A DNA stretch of 64,000 bases from Camelus dromedarius (GCF_036321535.1 NC_087437.1:44828001-44892000); one strand, 5' to 3'. Counted from the stretch's first letter, positions 11,391 through 26,419 are shown. The notes: generated from the letters alone by a model not told the origin. Numbers and translations: made by a program.

Positions 11391-13719
11391 TTCTTTCATT
11401 CCTAGAAAATGTTTAATATATTGTATAATTCATACATTTAACTAATTCAAAATTACACTGCTTTTAGCTAAATAGGATTTCTTTCCATAACTGAAGAAAA
11501 TTATTGAATCAGTGACTAAGTATATTGACACAGCCAACACCAAAACTGTTATTTTGAGTATAATGAGGAGTTAAAATAACTTTCAAGGGCAACATAAGAA
11601 GGCAGCTCATGTCAAAATGTGTCATATGACTTAAGTCTTTTTATTCAATGTTATGGGCTTGAACGGACCTATGGCATTTAATGATTAAATGATACAATCT
11701 ACTAGCATGAGGCTTTGTGTGAAGTGACTAGTTGGTTTCACTCTAATTCATTTTAGAGAGGTTCTTATCACAGCTAAACTGGAGGAAAAAAAAGAGAGTT
11801 TAGAGGATTCCTATTATTTAAAGGTAGGACAGCTGCAGTCACTTGGGATTTATAGGAACAACATAACAGAAATAGAAATCCACATATTGTTAAGAATTTA
11901 TAAAAGTCCTTTACCACAACCAACCAGTTTTTTTTTAAGGTGTATGTTTTTATCTCTTCAATAATGGAAATTAACCTTGCTATCATGCATATATTTGAAA
12001 TGTTTCCAATTCATTTCTTAGCATTCTGCTAATGCTCTATAAAATATCAAGTTCTTGTTTATCACCTTAACTTTGTATTAAATGTTAAATATGAATCCTT
12101 CAGCAAGTTAAAGGTCATATGACTATACAATCAGCCCATGCAATTTCTATTCAATAGATTTTTCAATGCCTTGTACAAAGCAAAGCAAACAAACAAAAAC
12201 AAAAGAGAAACCTACTCTTGAGAAGCAAAATTTCTTTCTGGGTTTTAACTGCCATGTTTGCTCATGACATAAAAGTCTTATTTCTATCAAAGATCATGGT
12301 TCATGAACAGAAACAATAAAATAGACACCATACCTCAAATTTCAGTGTGGTGCTAGCCTGTTTGTCTTTTTTTCACTCTAATAATGTCATCTAATCTAAT
12401 CTAACCTAACCTAATACTCAGATGAAGGTAATTATACAAAATGCCTAGGAGCATTTTGAAAGAGTTAATTAATTTCAGTGAGTTTCTACTGTTATGAACA
12501 GCAAAGCCTAGGTTCTCTAATATCCCTTTTTCAGACATCAGTATGGTCTTTAATTATTTATATGAGGGAGGCAATGAAGGAAAAATGCAATACTAGTATG
12601 GATGAATGTTTAAGACATTGCTCTTTATTTTGCATATGAGCTTAAATTATGGAGGATTTTTAGACTGGTTGGCAGCAACCTCCCCCCCTCCAACCCAAAC
12701 ACACTCCCCATATGGGAGCTTTGGACTTCACAGATGAAAGGAACTGTTAAAATGTGCCAGAATAATAATATATCATTGCTCACATTTTTTTGTATTTGAA
12801 ATGGAAAAAAAAACATGTCTAGACTGTGACTTTATATGTAATTGTAAAGATGTGATATATATGAGATTATAGATACAATTTTTATGGTGTTTTACACATA
12901 AAAATGTGAATTTTTTTTTTCCTGGACTATGTGTCAGCAATAGATAAATGAAAAATATTTTCACCACAAACTTTTAGAGTTGTAATCTTAGCTCAAGAGG
13001 ACATGAGAATTTTAGCTTGCTATCAGGTACTATGATCATTAGTATCAAAACTGGTGAGGAAGCTCCTAGTCAAACTCATGCCATTCTTGCTATTGGGAAA
13101 TGGAAGAAAGAAAAGAAAAAAAAAAAGGCCATCATTTTAATTTATGATGCTACTTTTCACTATTTTATTGGATTTTAAACATACATATGCATGTACATAG
13201 ATATAGATATCCTAATGTGTTTGTTACCTGGAATTAGCCAAACAGTACAAAATTATTATCATGTTTGTGTGTGTTTCTTCCTCAGTAGTGAGAGACACAT
13301 ACACTGTTGTAGTCTTGGATTGCATGGTATGTTCTTTGTAATTGCTGAAAGAATGTACTTTGGAAAATCACTTTTAGGAATCACAGAACCATTCATCAGC
13401 AAGAGAGAATTCCTCTTACCCCACAATATGCAGCAGTCCTTCAGAGTTGAGTATTATGAAACACTACAATTATATTTTAAAATATTGAAAACCCCTTTTA
13501 AAGTTAAAGTGTCAGATCAGGTTGCCATACTGCTTTAGACTACCATTTTTTCTATTTTTTATTTTTGAGGTTTGGCTGATGCCTGCTATGCTGGAATTTA
13601 CAGTTGGTTCCCTGTGAAAGTAAACATGAAGAAGAAAGCAGATAACATATCTTGCATGTATCTTAAATGGTTTGCTACTGGCAGTCTTAATGTTTATTGA
13701 AAGGGTCTTTACAAATTGT

Positions 13720-13865
13720 CCATTCCAACTCCTAATTTCACATATAAGGTGGCTGAGACACAGTTTTGAGATGGCTTGTCTAAAGCCATTTGGCTAAAGT
13801 TGCAAAGCTAGTTAATACTATAGCTGAATTTAAACTCCCAAAATACTGACTTTTAGTCTAGCACA
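13720..13865 (-). mobile_element. MIR fragment
   Basis: ATTTCACATATAAGGTGGCTGAGACACAG...GGCTTGTCTAAAG resembles the antisense MIR core. Confidence 0.5.
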
Positions 13866-15589
13866 CAATTAACTGCTTAGTATGCCAAGCCTTCTCAGCC
13901 AAAATATCAGATAAGAGCATTTTCTTTAGAGGTAATGACCGTTGGCGAGTTTGACTGCCATCTCTCTTGTTTCCTGCCAAAATTGTGAGTCAGGTATAGT
14001 CTCACTATTCAAAGATATTTTGGTAGAAGTTCAGAGACATCTACCTCAGAATGCCAGTATTTGTTTTTTCCTGATGGAATTCAAGCCCTCTTTTCTTTCC
14101 TTATTCTAACTCCCACTAGAACTCCAGGATTCTGTGTACTTGTTAAAGAATATGTGTTTATGAATGTACTATTCATATAATTATTTAGTGAATAAATAAC
14201 AATGGAATCCTATTAAAATATATGAGATTTAATCACTGTAAATTCTGAACTAAAATCAATAGTAGGTCTTCTCATAGAAGATGAATGCCAGAGAATAAAA
14301 AGTAAAACCAGCATTCCATTTTTATAAAATTGTAATTTTACCCTTTTTTAATTGTATTTACCTAGTTTTCAGAATCAAGATATTAAAATGAATTGTCAGG
14401 ATTTCCTCTAAATGGAATAAAATTTTCTGAGTGGGATACTGATTGAGGTTTGGACAGAGGTGAAACTGACAAGTTGGAGAGAAATACTTATTTACTGGTT
14501 TTAATGAGTGCTTTAGAATTTTCTTTACTACTGTTATCAGGTTATAATCTCTGCCAAAGAACTCAAGTTAATAGGCATATGAGGAGAAAAAAACCCAACA
14601 ATAGTAATAATAGTAATTTAAATATATATGTATTTTTATTTTTGAAATATATGATATATATATGTATATTTTTTCTCATTCCTTAAAGACAAAAACTGTA
14701 ATTCTTTGGCGGAAAGTGACTCATGGACATTTCAGCATTCTAGATTCTGGAATTACTTTCTGCAGTTGGACTGCTGGGTTGAATGAAATTAACCTTTTGT
14801 CATATCACCATAACCTCAGAAATCTTTTTCACATATCTATTCCACACTTGGTATGGTTGAGATAGATTATGTAATCCAAATGCAGGGATTACTGTGATTT
14901 ATGCAATCCAAGTTATAGGACCCACTATGTGGTCTCTTGAGATTTTCACAGGACGTTCCGTAATGTAGCTAATTATTCTAAAAAAAATCTGACTTGAGGG
15001 AAAATAATATGATAAGCTTGCTTACTGTTCATTAAGAATGAAATACTATTTTTTGGATTGAAACTGTGGCACTCCCTTGCTTGCTTGCTTGCTTTTGTTC
15101 AAGTAGAGATTGTGATTTGTTGGTATTGAGGAAAATGAGAAGTGTTGTAGATTAATAGATAAAATACAGAACACAGTAGAAATTTAAGTATGATAGTTTT
15201 GCTTCTTTGAAAAACAAGGAACAACAATCAGAAGTTCTCTAAAATCAGAAATGCTCCTTCTGGTTTCATAATTGATTTAGACATATATCACTCTAGTATG
15301 AAGAAATTTTAAAAGACACTAGAAGATACATGGTTGATGCCAACAATTTTGCTTTTGAAATTTCATTGTAATCTGAATTGAACATATTATTTTTTGAAGT
15401 AGAGTTGCACATCTGCCTTCATTTATCTTCAAAATTTTCAAAGCACTGTTTCCCAGAGTATCTTAAAATAATTATTTTTCTCAGGGATTATCATTTTCCT
15501 TATTCTGTTTAATCAAAGCATCTAGGCTTACACACCCAGCACTCATACACACATTTATATTTGCTGTATTCTAGATTTACAAAGCTAAG

Positions 15590-15800
15590 GCTGCAGAGTG
15601 TGGATGTGAAGACTCTGGATGTAGATGTGATTTTTAATCCTAGGTTCACTATTTAGTAACTGTGTCAGTTTGATAGATTTAAACTCTCAGAATCTTTCTT
15701 GCTTTGTCTGTGAATTGCTGATAATAATAATATCTACCAACTACGGTTGTTTTGCAGATCGCATGCCTCATGCCTAGTAACTAATAAATATTAGTTACTA
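15590..15800 (+). mobile_element. MIR SINE
   Basis: GACTCTGGA..TAATCCTAGGTT..ATTTAGTAACTGTGT..TAATAATAATATCTACCAACTACGGTTGTT. Confidence 0.65.
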
Positions 15801-18800
15801 CTGTGTATTTACTAACAGAACCTTTAATACTTTTATTCCCCCCAAAGCTTGACCATGAGAAAAAGAGCCAGTGGAAAGATTAATACTTCCCAGTGATTAT
15901 ATGATTTTTCTTTATGGGTTATCAGATCATCACAGCATTTTAAGAAAAGTGCAAAAATCTGTTTACATTTTTAAACCTAGGCCATCGCATCCCTTGCATG
16001 TTACAGGAGTATACCTAATGAACCGTTCATTACTTCTTGGTAATTAGCAACAGGTAATCTATTTTTTACTTTCTTAAATTTCCCCGACTTCCCATTGCTT
16101 GCTTTTCTAGTTATTGGAATGTTCATCAGTATAGAGCAAACTGTATAGACATCAGTAGATCTCACTGATAAATTAAGTACTTTGTAATTAATAGAATAAC
16201 AGTCTACTTTATGCAGTTGAATTGATTAAGTTCAGTATTCAATTAAAGGTATTTAGTTAGTAAAATCTTTCTTAGCTCAAGACATTCTTAAGAATAAAAT
16301 AGATGAAATCATTATTCTATAAAATTTAATTTGATCTTGAGATGGTTGTATCCCACCCAACTAGCTAGTCAAAGAGGAGCTAGATTTCTATATGTAGCAT
16401 GTGGGTTCTTTGTCTTTTAAGCCTCTGTAAGTTGGTATGTTTCCAAAGAAATGGAATTCTGTTTTCAGCTGGGTACTGCCAAACACAAATTTGGGCCATG
16501 AGTAGGGTCTGCCTGGATCAAGACAACATAAGATATCAATCTTATAATGACTGAAAAATGCACTGTGCTACTATATGAGACCCTTTAAAAGCTTTCCAAA
16601 AAGATGTTGTGTCTTCATTCTAGGGTGTTTTGCAGACAGAAACAGTTATATGATTCTAGATTATTATTAAAATAATGTCAAATAATATCATAGTTTTGTA
16701 TGACCTTTGTGTTGTAAGAAATTTGCATGAGGATCAGAACAAAAGAGAGACTTTTTGATTTTATCTGTTTATCTAAATGATAGAAGCATGGATTGCCAGG
16801 GATGGTAATGAGGATATATCTCCTGCTACTTTTTGTGTAATGCTCGAATCAACTGTCTTCATACTCGAAAGTAAATTACTGTTCTCAAGCAAAGTTCTTA
16901 TTTTTATATCAGATTCTCTTACAATTTTACAAGTATTATTCTTTGCTAAACTTTTATACTAATTAGGAAAAGAAACTTAATTGTTCTATTTGCCATGAAA
17001 AAGAGTAATATAGTATTAAAGTAAAATTCTTCTTTACAAAAATATTTTGAGAGTTTTGTGAAGATCTACCATGTTAGAAATCTTGACATAATTAAGATGA
17101 GGTACAACTCTTCTTTTGAAATTAAAATTAGCAGAAGACTTGGAAATTTTACTTTATGTTTATTGAGATAAATTATTTTACATATATATAACTTTTAAAT
17201 CTGAAATTTGTTAATTTGGGATAGCAGTATTTATAAAATTACAGAGTATCCGGGTTTTAGGAAAATAAGAACAAATAGCATACTTTTTGACTTGAGTATC
17301 AGACCTAAGGAATGCACATAGGTAAGTGATATGTGCATGATGTATTTTCATGGCATAATGGGCCTCCTTTTAAGATTAGACTGTTCACCAGTCTTTAGGA
17401 ATAAGGTCTATCGGAGAGAAACAAAATGGGGGATATAAAAGTACACAATTGTGTTGAGCAGTAATGGGGATAGATAAAGCAGTTCTTAGAAAATTTTATT
17501 TTTCTACTCTGAAGACTGTTATAGTATTTTCTGGTAGCTTCTAGTTCGCTCTTCCAAACTCTCATTCTCATAAGTAATTACGTCTGTGCATTGGCATCAG
17601 TTCACTAGCCTGGAATAGCCTAGGCTAGTGGGAGGATGGGAGGACTTTTTTAGATTTTAAGGAAGAGAATATCAGATAGGAGTTCGGTAAAACACGAAAT
17701 TATTGGAAATCATCTGGCTTCTTCCTAAAATTTGCATTCTTCTTGGATATAGATGTATTTTGTGTATGGCATGTCTAACACTCTATATCATGAAGCCAAG
17801 ATTGATTCATGCTTTCATGAGGGAGCAGAAACATGCAAGGGCTAATTTATAGAAATCAAGCTTCATTGGGGATTAATGATCATTAATAATCTCCTACATT
17901 AATCCTCAGTGCCTGGAAGAGTGCCTTACTCCTAGGCTTAGATGATACATCTGCTGAAAGGATTCTGAATAAAATATTCATATATTCTGAAGATCTCTTT
18001 ACTAGAACAAATGAATCAATGCTTTTTGCTTTATTAACCTCAAAACAATAACAAAGCACTTTTTACTTTGAATGAATGGTCAAAATTTATTGCATTGAAA
18101 TTATAAGCCTTTTACCTGCTCTTTCCCGCTTAAAACACCCTAAATTATAATCATGTTCACTTTCATTTGTATTGAATAAAACTAATTCTGGATGGATATG
18201 AAAAAATAAGATTATTTATAGTTGACTAAGTGGTTTGAATTTTTTTCTGTATTAAAATCTACCAAAGGTTTTACCTCATTATGTTTCTAGCTTAAAATGA
18301 TGATTCTTTTACTAATTTCCTATGACACAGTGAATTTCTCCCCCTTCATTTTGATGGTCCCTTAACCTGTATTTTCATTACCTGGGTAATGCAACTGACA
18401 AGTGTGTATATGAACACTGACATAGCTCATCGATATATATTGTAGTCAAGGAGAGTAATTTGCCCAAAGATCATAACCTGCCCAGCAATTTATCTCACAC
18501 CTGCCCAGACAGACACAACAGTCTATCTCATCCATCAAAGTTCATGATTTAAGCTCAGTAGAACTCGAAACTTACAATAAGAAAGTGAAATTGGTGTAAT
18601 CAAGATTGTATGCATGGTGACATAGCTCATACAGTTACAAGGCCATATTTTAAACCAATTATTTGTCAATCTCTAAACATTGAGTTAATTTGAAAATATA
18701 TATCCTTTTAGATATATTTTTTCACATTATGACTTCAAACCAACCTTTTATGGATTTCAAACAGTAATTTCCCATCATAAAAATGTAAATTTGTATAAAC

Positions 18801-19094
18801 ACTTAAAAATTTTGAAAATCTTTCAACTTAGAATTATAAACTAGGTGGTTAAGTCCTAAACACATAAAGGCAGATTACAAGTAGAAATCTTTGTTTTGTT
18901 TCTGTGTTCCTGTCACGTTTTTATTGTCTCATAGAATTTAAATGCTAGAATAAATTCTGACATTATTCAGTCCTAGCACAATAAACAGTAATATGTTTCC
19001 AGTTTATGATGGTGGCATCTTAACATTTTTAAAAAATTTTTAATATATTATTTTCAAAATCCTGTTCACCAGAATGAGCACTTGAAGTAGATGC

Positions 19095-19245
19095 AAATGA
19101 CAGTGTCCCTACTTTACAGATGAAAAAACTGAAATTTAGAGAGGTTAAGAAATTTGTTCAAAGTCACAAAACTGCCTACTGCAGTTATCCAGAATAGAAT
19201 CTAGATTACTGAAACCAAGCCTTTTTCCCATGATGCAAAACTGCC
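19095..19245 (-). mobile_element. MIR fragment
   Basis: CCCTACTTTACAGATGAAAAAACTGAAATTTAGAGAGGTTAAGAAATTTGTTCAAAGTCACA. Confidence 0.75.
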
Positions 19246-20679
19246 TTTTCTAGTATTTATGTGTTTCCGAAAAGAGCTGCAGTGGACCTTGGAAAGCATC
19301 TGTTCCAACATATCTGACTTTACCAAAAAAAAAAAAAAGAAGAAGAAGTTCAGAGTGAGGGGACAGAACTAAGATGAGAACTCAGGTTCCTAGATTCATC
19401 CCCAAGATCCTCTTTCTAGAACGGACTTCTCAAATACTTGGTAGGGTACTTGCCCATATTAGAGTATGTGAACTTATTATCTTTATTTTAGCATTGGTAA
19501 TATAGCAGCAACATTTTTTTTTCAAACTAACTGTTTTAACCAATAAATGATAGATGATATTTTTAAAGTGCCTATTCTCAAAATTTATGCGTATGTAGGC
19601 ACCGATCTAACAAGAAAACTTTCTGGTTTGAAATTTAAATGAAAAGCATCATTCTTATGTGCCATGAACCCACACTGATGGAGGAGTTCAGGGTTTTTTG
19701 TTGTTTGTTTGTTTGTTTTTTAACTCTTTATCTCAGCTTTAGAGATAGCAGAATTAGTCCCTGGAGCATAAGTATATAGTCATAGAAATATTAGTTCAAG
19801 TGAACACAAAATCATTAAATACTGATTTCAGTTTATACTTGGAAATTTTAGCATCTTGGCAGAATAGATTACATTTTAATATAAATAAGAGGGTGAATTT
19901 TTAAAAAAATCTTGTTTTTAGATAGGCCTAGGAATTTAAAGTTAAATAATATTAATAATAAGATCTTAAATATTTTAGCATTTAGTTAAAATACTAGAAC
20001 TTGAGTTAATTGATCTATTTATTCCTTCTATAGCCATCTTTAGATTTCATATACATGTAGTACGGGGTACATTTTTAACAGATTAATATGATACAGTGTA
20101 GTAAATATCCTAAGTTCCAGTTTTTCAGATGTTTCAGATGTATATAAATGTTTTCAAAATCATGTGAAAATTTGTGTAACTGATGTCTGTGCTGGCAAGG
20201 AAAAAGGGGGAAAAAAATCTGAAGTGATATAAATTGACTTATATTCTCTGGGTCAGATGCTTCAAAATCCAATACCTGAGAATGAAAATATGAACAAAAG
20301 AGCCAATTTGTCACACATTTTTAACAGTTCAAGTGATGTCCTCCTCTGTGAGCTAGAAAACTGTTTGTTGTTTGCGTGGGTTTAGAGACGAGGAGACAGG
20401 AAGGAATGGCTGGCGTCCCGTGCCAGGCTTGTGTTCTGTGGCTGAGGTCTTATCCTCTTTGTTTCCTAGAGTACTGTTCTTGTTGATGGCAGCACAGGCA
20501 GAGTAGGTCACAGAGGTCCAATATCATAATGTTTGTGTAAGTAGAATCAGGTTTAGCAGCCAGAACAACACGGAACTGGAAGTTAGGATGTGTGCAGCTT
20601 GGTTTTCACCTGTCCTCAGGATTCTTTGGTGTTCCCATCACCTCAGACATGTTTTTTTCAGTTACAAAACTGAAGTTTT

Positions 20680-20808
20680 GGGGGGAATATAGCTCAATGG
20701 TAGAGAGCGTGGTGAGCAAGCACAAGTGCTGGGCCCAGTCCCCAGGCCCGCCGTTAAAACAAACTAAGAAAGGGAAAAAATGTTTTAAATAAGGACTTAA
20801 AAAAAAAA
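20680..20808 (+). mobile_element. tRNA-Ala-derived SINE (vic-1-like, camelid), diverged copy
   Basis: GGGGGAATATAGCTCAATGGTAGAG A-box head and an A-rich tail; flanked by imperfect AAA(A/C)CTGAAGT repeats (~20666 and ~20806). Confidence 0.8.
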
Positions 20809-22994
20809 CCTGAAGTAAGACTTAAGGATATTTTTCCTTCTACTTGAGTCTATCCTGAGAGGACTCTCAGAGTATCTGTTTGAAGTGTTAGATTCATTGG
20901 TTTTGAGACTCTTGAAATCTACCATAGTTTCTACTGAAGATGATTCGTATTAAGGCAGCTCATTTATCCTCTGACCAGTTGTTGGGCACTCACTGCATAC
21001 TGGACTGTCCATCCTGCACTGGGAAAAGAGCACCCATCATCACACAGCACAGCTCGGTTACAGTAATTACACTGGTTTAATACTACGCCCTCCTTCCAGG
21101 GGTAAGAATTACTGTACCCTTTCTACAAATGAACTATTTCATTAGACAGTACGTGACCTCTGGTGGGAGCACATTATTCTGATAATTATCCAGAGAGATG
21201 GAGAAAGCTGATTACCTTAGTCTTTTTCACACCTTTATTCTTCATAATGAACTTTTGCTGCTGCTAGTTACTAAAATGCCATAATATCCCTTAGTTTGGC
21301 TTATGTAGCTCAGAGAGAGAACCATTGTGGCATTTGGTAAGTTTTATGCCCTGGCCACAAATCTTTTTTACGAGCTATTGTTTGCTCTATTATGATAACC
21401 TTAAGAATAGCACTGTAATTTTACTTTAGTATTGCAGACTGCTTTTACTGCATTTTCAGATATTTTCATTTTTCAAGCACAAAAATGAAACTGTCTAAAA
21501 GCTGCAGCTCTACTACATGTGAATGAGGTTTTGGTCTTGTTTAAGTGACCAAAGAATAAATCACAGCAATCATACAGTGTAAGGGAACATTAATGAGGAG
21601 GGAATAATGTTACTTCAAGCCATTTCTGTACCTTTATATTGTTTGTTTCTGTATACAAATGTTAATAAGTTTTCTGTCCCTTTCTCACTCTTGCTGTCTC
21701 CTTTGCAACAATCTAATTTCTCCTCGTCAGGTTTTGCCTTGGTAGCAATGTCAGTAGTGTTTACACATAAAGATCATATTTTTTCTTTTGACAAAACTAC
21801 ATTACCTCAGTTTTCCATTTGTTATAATGAATAGTTAAAGACCAAGAAGGTTTTGAATGCAGTAAAAACAAAACAAAAAAATCTTACATCTTTGTGCTTT
21901 GATACTCTTTTTTCAGATGCAAATTTTATGACCATTAATAGCTGTTATTAATAAATGTTAGTCATTATTTATTATGCATTATGATGTGCTCGGCACTGTA
22001 TCATGTGTTTTACATTCATTATTTTTAGTGAGTATCATCCCCATTTAACCAGTGAGTAACAGAAGATTAAACATTTTACTTTGGGGGATTTAACCAGAGT
22101 TTTAGAGACCAGATTATTCTACAGTGGTTCACTGAAAGTCAGCAGGACCAGAGCATCCCTTACTGACGTATCTTCCCTCATGCTTCCTCATGCTAACTCC
22201 CTGAACCACTTAAAAAAGAGGAAATGTGTAGCCTAAACTAAGGATGGCTTGTTTTAGTTTTTTATTCATTGCTATTTATGAATGACATGTTAATCAAAGG
22301 TATTTAATGGCTGATGACTTTGAAATCAAGTGGCAATCTGTTTTAACCAAACTATGATAGTATATGGCATCCAGAGACTTGTGCCTTTCTTAGTCCCAGT
22401 GGTCACCTATGACATGAGTTACATCATAATGTATCAAAACTTTTTGTGGCCTTTTATGTTGAAATCACCTTCAAGATTTTCTTCACATTTTTTTAAGAAT
22501 GTTTCCCAGTGATATGCATCTTTATTCACTGAGGATGAAAACATTTCTTTTCAAATTGGTCAAAGTTAATCAAATGAGATTATAACTGTAAAATCCTTAA
22601 TGCTATACTTGGTATATAAAATATTCAGTAAATCTGACTTTTGTCATTATTGTTGTTAACATCAATGTTTTAAGGTCGTATCTATTTATTACATTGAAGA
22701 CCAAATTAGGAAATACTGTTTGCAGCACTAGGAGTGATGAATAAAATTAATTTTCTTATTTGGCTTTGGGATGACTCCAAAGGCAGTTCCAAAGGAGAAA
22801 ATCTAAAATTTCTTTGATTAGTGACAGACAGTATGAGGTAAATGCATGATTTATCAAAAACAAAGTGATACCATGAAGGACACCGTTCACTTGAATAATG
22901 AAGCTTAGTCTGTTTTATCAAAAGCCCTTTTCAGTGTTTGATAATAATTTCACAATCAATAACATAAAAGTGAAATAATAATGTTAAACTCTTG

Positions 22995-23190
22995 TGTAGA
23001 GCTTACTTGATTCAATTCCTCACAACAACTTTGTAAAGTAAGCTCTATTATTATTGTCCACATTTTACAGATGAAGAAAGAGAGGCATACAGCTAAAAGG
23101 TAGTCACTTGACCAAGCTAAGAGGGCCAGCAAGTGGCAAAGCTGGGCTGTGAACCCAGGCAGTCTGGTTCCAGAGTCTGTGCTCTTAATC
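22995..23190 (-). mobile_element. MIR SINE
   Basis: ATTCCTCACAACAAC..CATTTTACAGATGAAGAAA..GAACCCAGGCAGTCTGGTTCCAGAGTCTGTGCTCTTAA. Confidence 0.85.
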
Positions 23191-26100
23191 AAAACTGGGG
23201 ACAGTCAGCAACAACCATTTGAAAGTAAAATAGAAACTCAACGACTGACTTATGAAGATCAGAAAGTTTAAGAATAATTAAATAAACTTCATTAACTTGA
23301 CTTTAAAAATTGTATTTTTTTATGTTTTAATCCAAACTTTCAATTAGAATTTTATGTTCATACAATTGTTCTCCATTAATAGGAACTTAAAAAATTTTGT
23401 AAGACATGTAAGTGTTATTTAAATGGAATAATGGAGAAGTCTCTTGTTCTTGACCCATGGCACTTAAAAATATTTATACAAAATTGGCAGCACTTTGGAA
23501 AACAGTGTTTCTTTATACACATTGTTATTTTGAAGTACAACATACAGGAAGAATGTTATAAATAAAAAATACACTCTAAGGCATATTAATTTTCAGGTCG
23601 CTAGAGATGCTAGATGCAGTTACAGAGCAGTCGTGAAAATTCCTAGTTAGTGGCCTCTAGTTGTAAAATAAAAAGAAAAATATAAATATTTAATCTCTAA
23701 ACAACAGAAAGATGTTTTAAATGTATCTCATAGTAAAACTTCATTTTAATTTTGTTTTAAAGAAATGAATCAATTTATAATAGTCATTCATGATTTAAGA
23801 CTTGAGAATTTGCAAGTTTTGACAATAATTTGAGCATCCTTTGCCCTTACACCTATGATAAATTTCTGAAAAATGTTTATTCCAGTCTTTGGAAAGTAAA
23901 ATGCTCTGACCTATCTTGCTGGATATATCTGAAATTTAGGTCCATGAATAAGCTTTTAAATTATTTGAAGAAAAAAATGCATGCTTGTCCAGCAATAGTA
24001 TTTTTTGGTGTGAATTTAACCTAGTGCTTTTTTACATTAAGTTGCTAGCATCTACTATCTTTTTCATAATGACGGTTTCAGGTATACTGGAATTTGTTGT
24101 TAAAGTAATGTTAACATGAGATGTACACTGATAGATGTTGAGATAATGAAGGAAATATCACTTACATATTTAGATTCCATTTTGTGTGAATCTTAGCTGT
24201 TTTGGTTTGGTTTCTTATTTGTCCAAAGGAGTTAAATCGCTAGAAATTTTACATGAGCCTGTCCTTGGAGTTTGTGTCTCAATTTTACAAACCATTTTAA
24301 AGAAGGTATTAGAAGATCGGCAGCTTGCTGGAAATAAATAGCTAAATTCCTTTACAATTACTTAGAAAGAAAGAGAATTTCTTGCTGGAAAAAGTCAAGT
24401 TACATGTGTTAAATTCCTTTTTTTTTTTTTTTAATTTTTAAAGAGACAATTATTTGTGTCTCTGAAATCCAAACTACTTTAAGCTTTTATCCATAATGGG
24501 GTGATTCTACTATTGTTTAGAAAATATTTTTCTCTCATTTTACCTGGAATGAATCATTGGAAATATTAATGATCAGAGAACTTAAATTTTTTCAATTTAT
24601 TATCATGTTGAAATATTGCTATAATGCAAAAATTTGTTCTTAGGTAATTTCTCATTAAATTACATTCTTTTCTGAGACCAGGTCTAAAATGGCTAGGGTT
24701 CTAATCCATGATTTCTTCTATTAAAATGTTACCAAAAGAGATCGTTTTTTTCCCACCTTTGGAACACTGCTATTTCAGGATTTAAACATAACTTTAATTA
24801 CTGAAGCCTGATGGAGCAGGAAATGCTGAGGGAGGGAAATGTTGCTGAATTAGAACTTGAACTAAAGTCAAACATTAATCATTAATTTTTAGAAATTGTG
24901 CTGGCTTCTTCGTAGTACTTGGTTGAAACTGCCAGAAACACATTTCCATCTTAACCCCATTCAGGAACATCGGTTTATGACTAAACCATAAGTACCAGAT
25001 AATGAGTAGTATGCAGAAATACAGATTCTGATTTTATTTTGCTTTTTTCTGCAGAGATATCTTTCCAATAATGGGAAATTTAGCCTCTTATCCTGTTTGT
25101 TCTATAGAGAAAAATAATCTGTTAGTGCCTTTAAATGAAAATCCTGCCGAACAAGACTGCTTGCTCGTGGCACCTAAGCAAATAGGGTAGATTTTTTTTT
25201 CCCCCTTCAGAAAAAGACAGGGAAAAGATTGCATAATCACTTATGTAGCTCATTACAAAACCTGAACTTCAAAAGACTGAACTAGCTATTGAAGAAAGAA
25301 CCAGTTAAGATTCATAAATCAGAACTTTGAACTGAAATAAGACTAGGACTTGTAAAAGCAATCAAAATGGCACCTGTCCAAAAAACACTGATTTATAAAT
25401 ATGTCATTTTTATCCAGGTGTGCAGTAAAGATTTGTAAGTCAAAAATATTTTTAATTTAGGATTTATTGGCATGATTCATGACTCTCCTAGCTTTTGTAA
25501 ATCTGTTAATGGGCTTGTAAAAATAGCGATTTTTTTGAAAATTTATTTCAAGTGTATCATAAAGCTATTCTGAGGTATGTAAGCTATTTCATTCATGGAT
25601 TGTTTTCTTAAAATTCTAAGATTCAAACTAAAGAGTCATCCTTCTCAGAGCTCTACAGTTATATGTTAATTTGGTAATTCAAACCATAGTTATTTTATGA
25701 GAAATACTGATGAGTTTTGTGAGAATATGTTTTTTATATGCAGCATGAATCCGGTCTTACTAGTTTTTCTCCTGGTATTCCTTTATTACCTACTCCGCCG
25801 TCTGACTCACTTTTGTCACCACCTTCTAGCTTTGTTGTACCCACACTGAGTATCCCTTTAACAGGCAAACTCATCTCTATTTCTTCTAAAATAAGGCTTT
25901 TGCACAGTTCTTTAAACAATTTACAACATCTTTGTGTTGCAAAACCATTTTATTTTCGATGCTGATTAAACGGGAAATCAGAGCATCATTTTCAAACTGA
26001 ATGAAGATAGATAACTATATAATATTATTCATGGAAAAACAAGGTTTCTACACTTTTATCAGTTATGAGGACTTATTTTATAATAAGGTCTGTCAAGGGC

Positions 26101-26419
26101 TTTATGTTGATATATCCACATATCAATACAGCCCTATGGCTGTCTCTTTGGAGTAAAGTTGAGTCTCAATTTTCAACTTGTTTTGATTATTAATGATTTT
26201 AGCTTTTTAAATCCTCATGTGTATAAATTTGATAAAATTGCTAAAATAAGTTCAACTTAATATGCTTTTACCAGTGACTAAAATATTCACAAGATTAAAA
26301 TTCTAAAGTTACCAAGGGGTAGATTGTGAGCATTCTCCCCATATCCACGTCTCCTAATCACTCAGTTCCTCTTCTCATGGAAACCAGTGTTGCAAATGCC
26401 TTCTGAAAGCTTGCCACTA

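Noticed and set aside
18418..18630. TGACATAGCTCAT repeated ~200 bp apart
   Set aside because: A single 13-mer pair, with no element or poly(A) between the copies; compatible with chance.
25055..25186. Plus-strand acceptor with an open frame DIFPIMGNLASY...
   Set aside because: Weak donor, an in-frame stop right at the boundary, and no recognisable homology.
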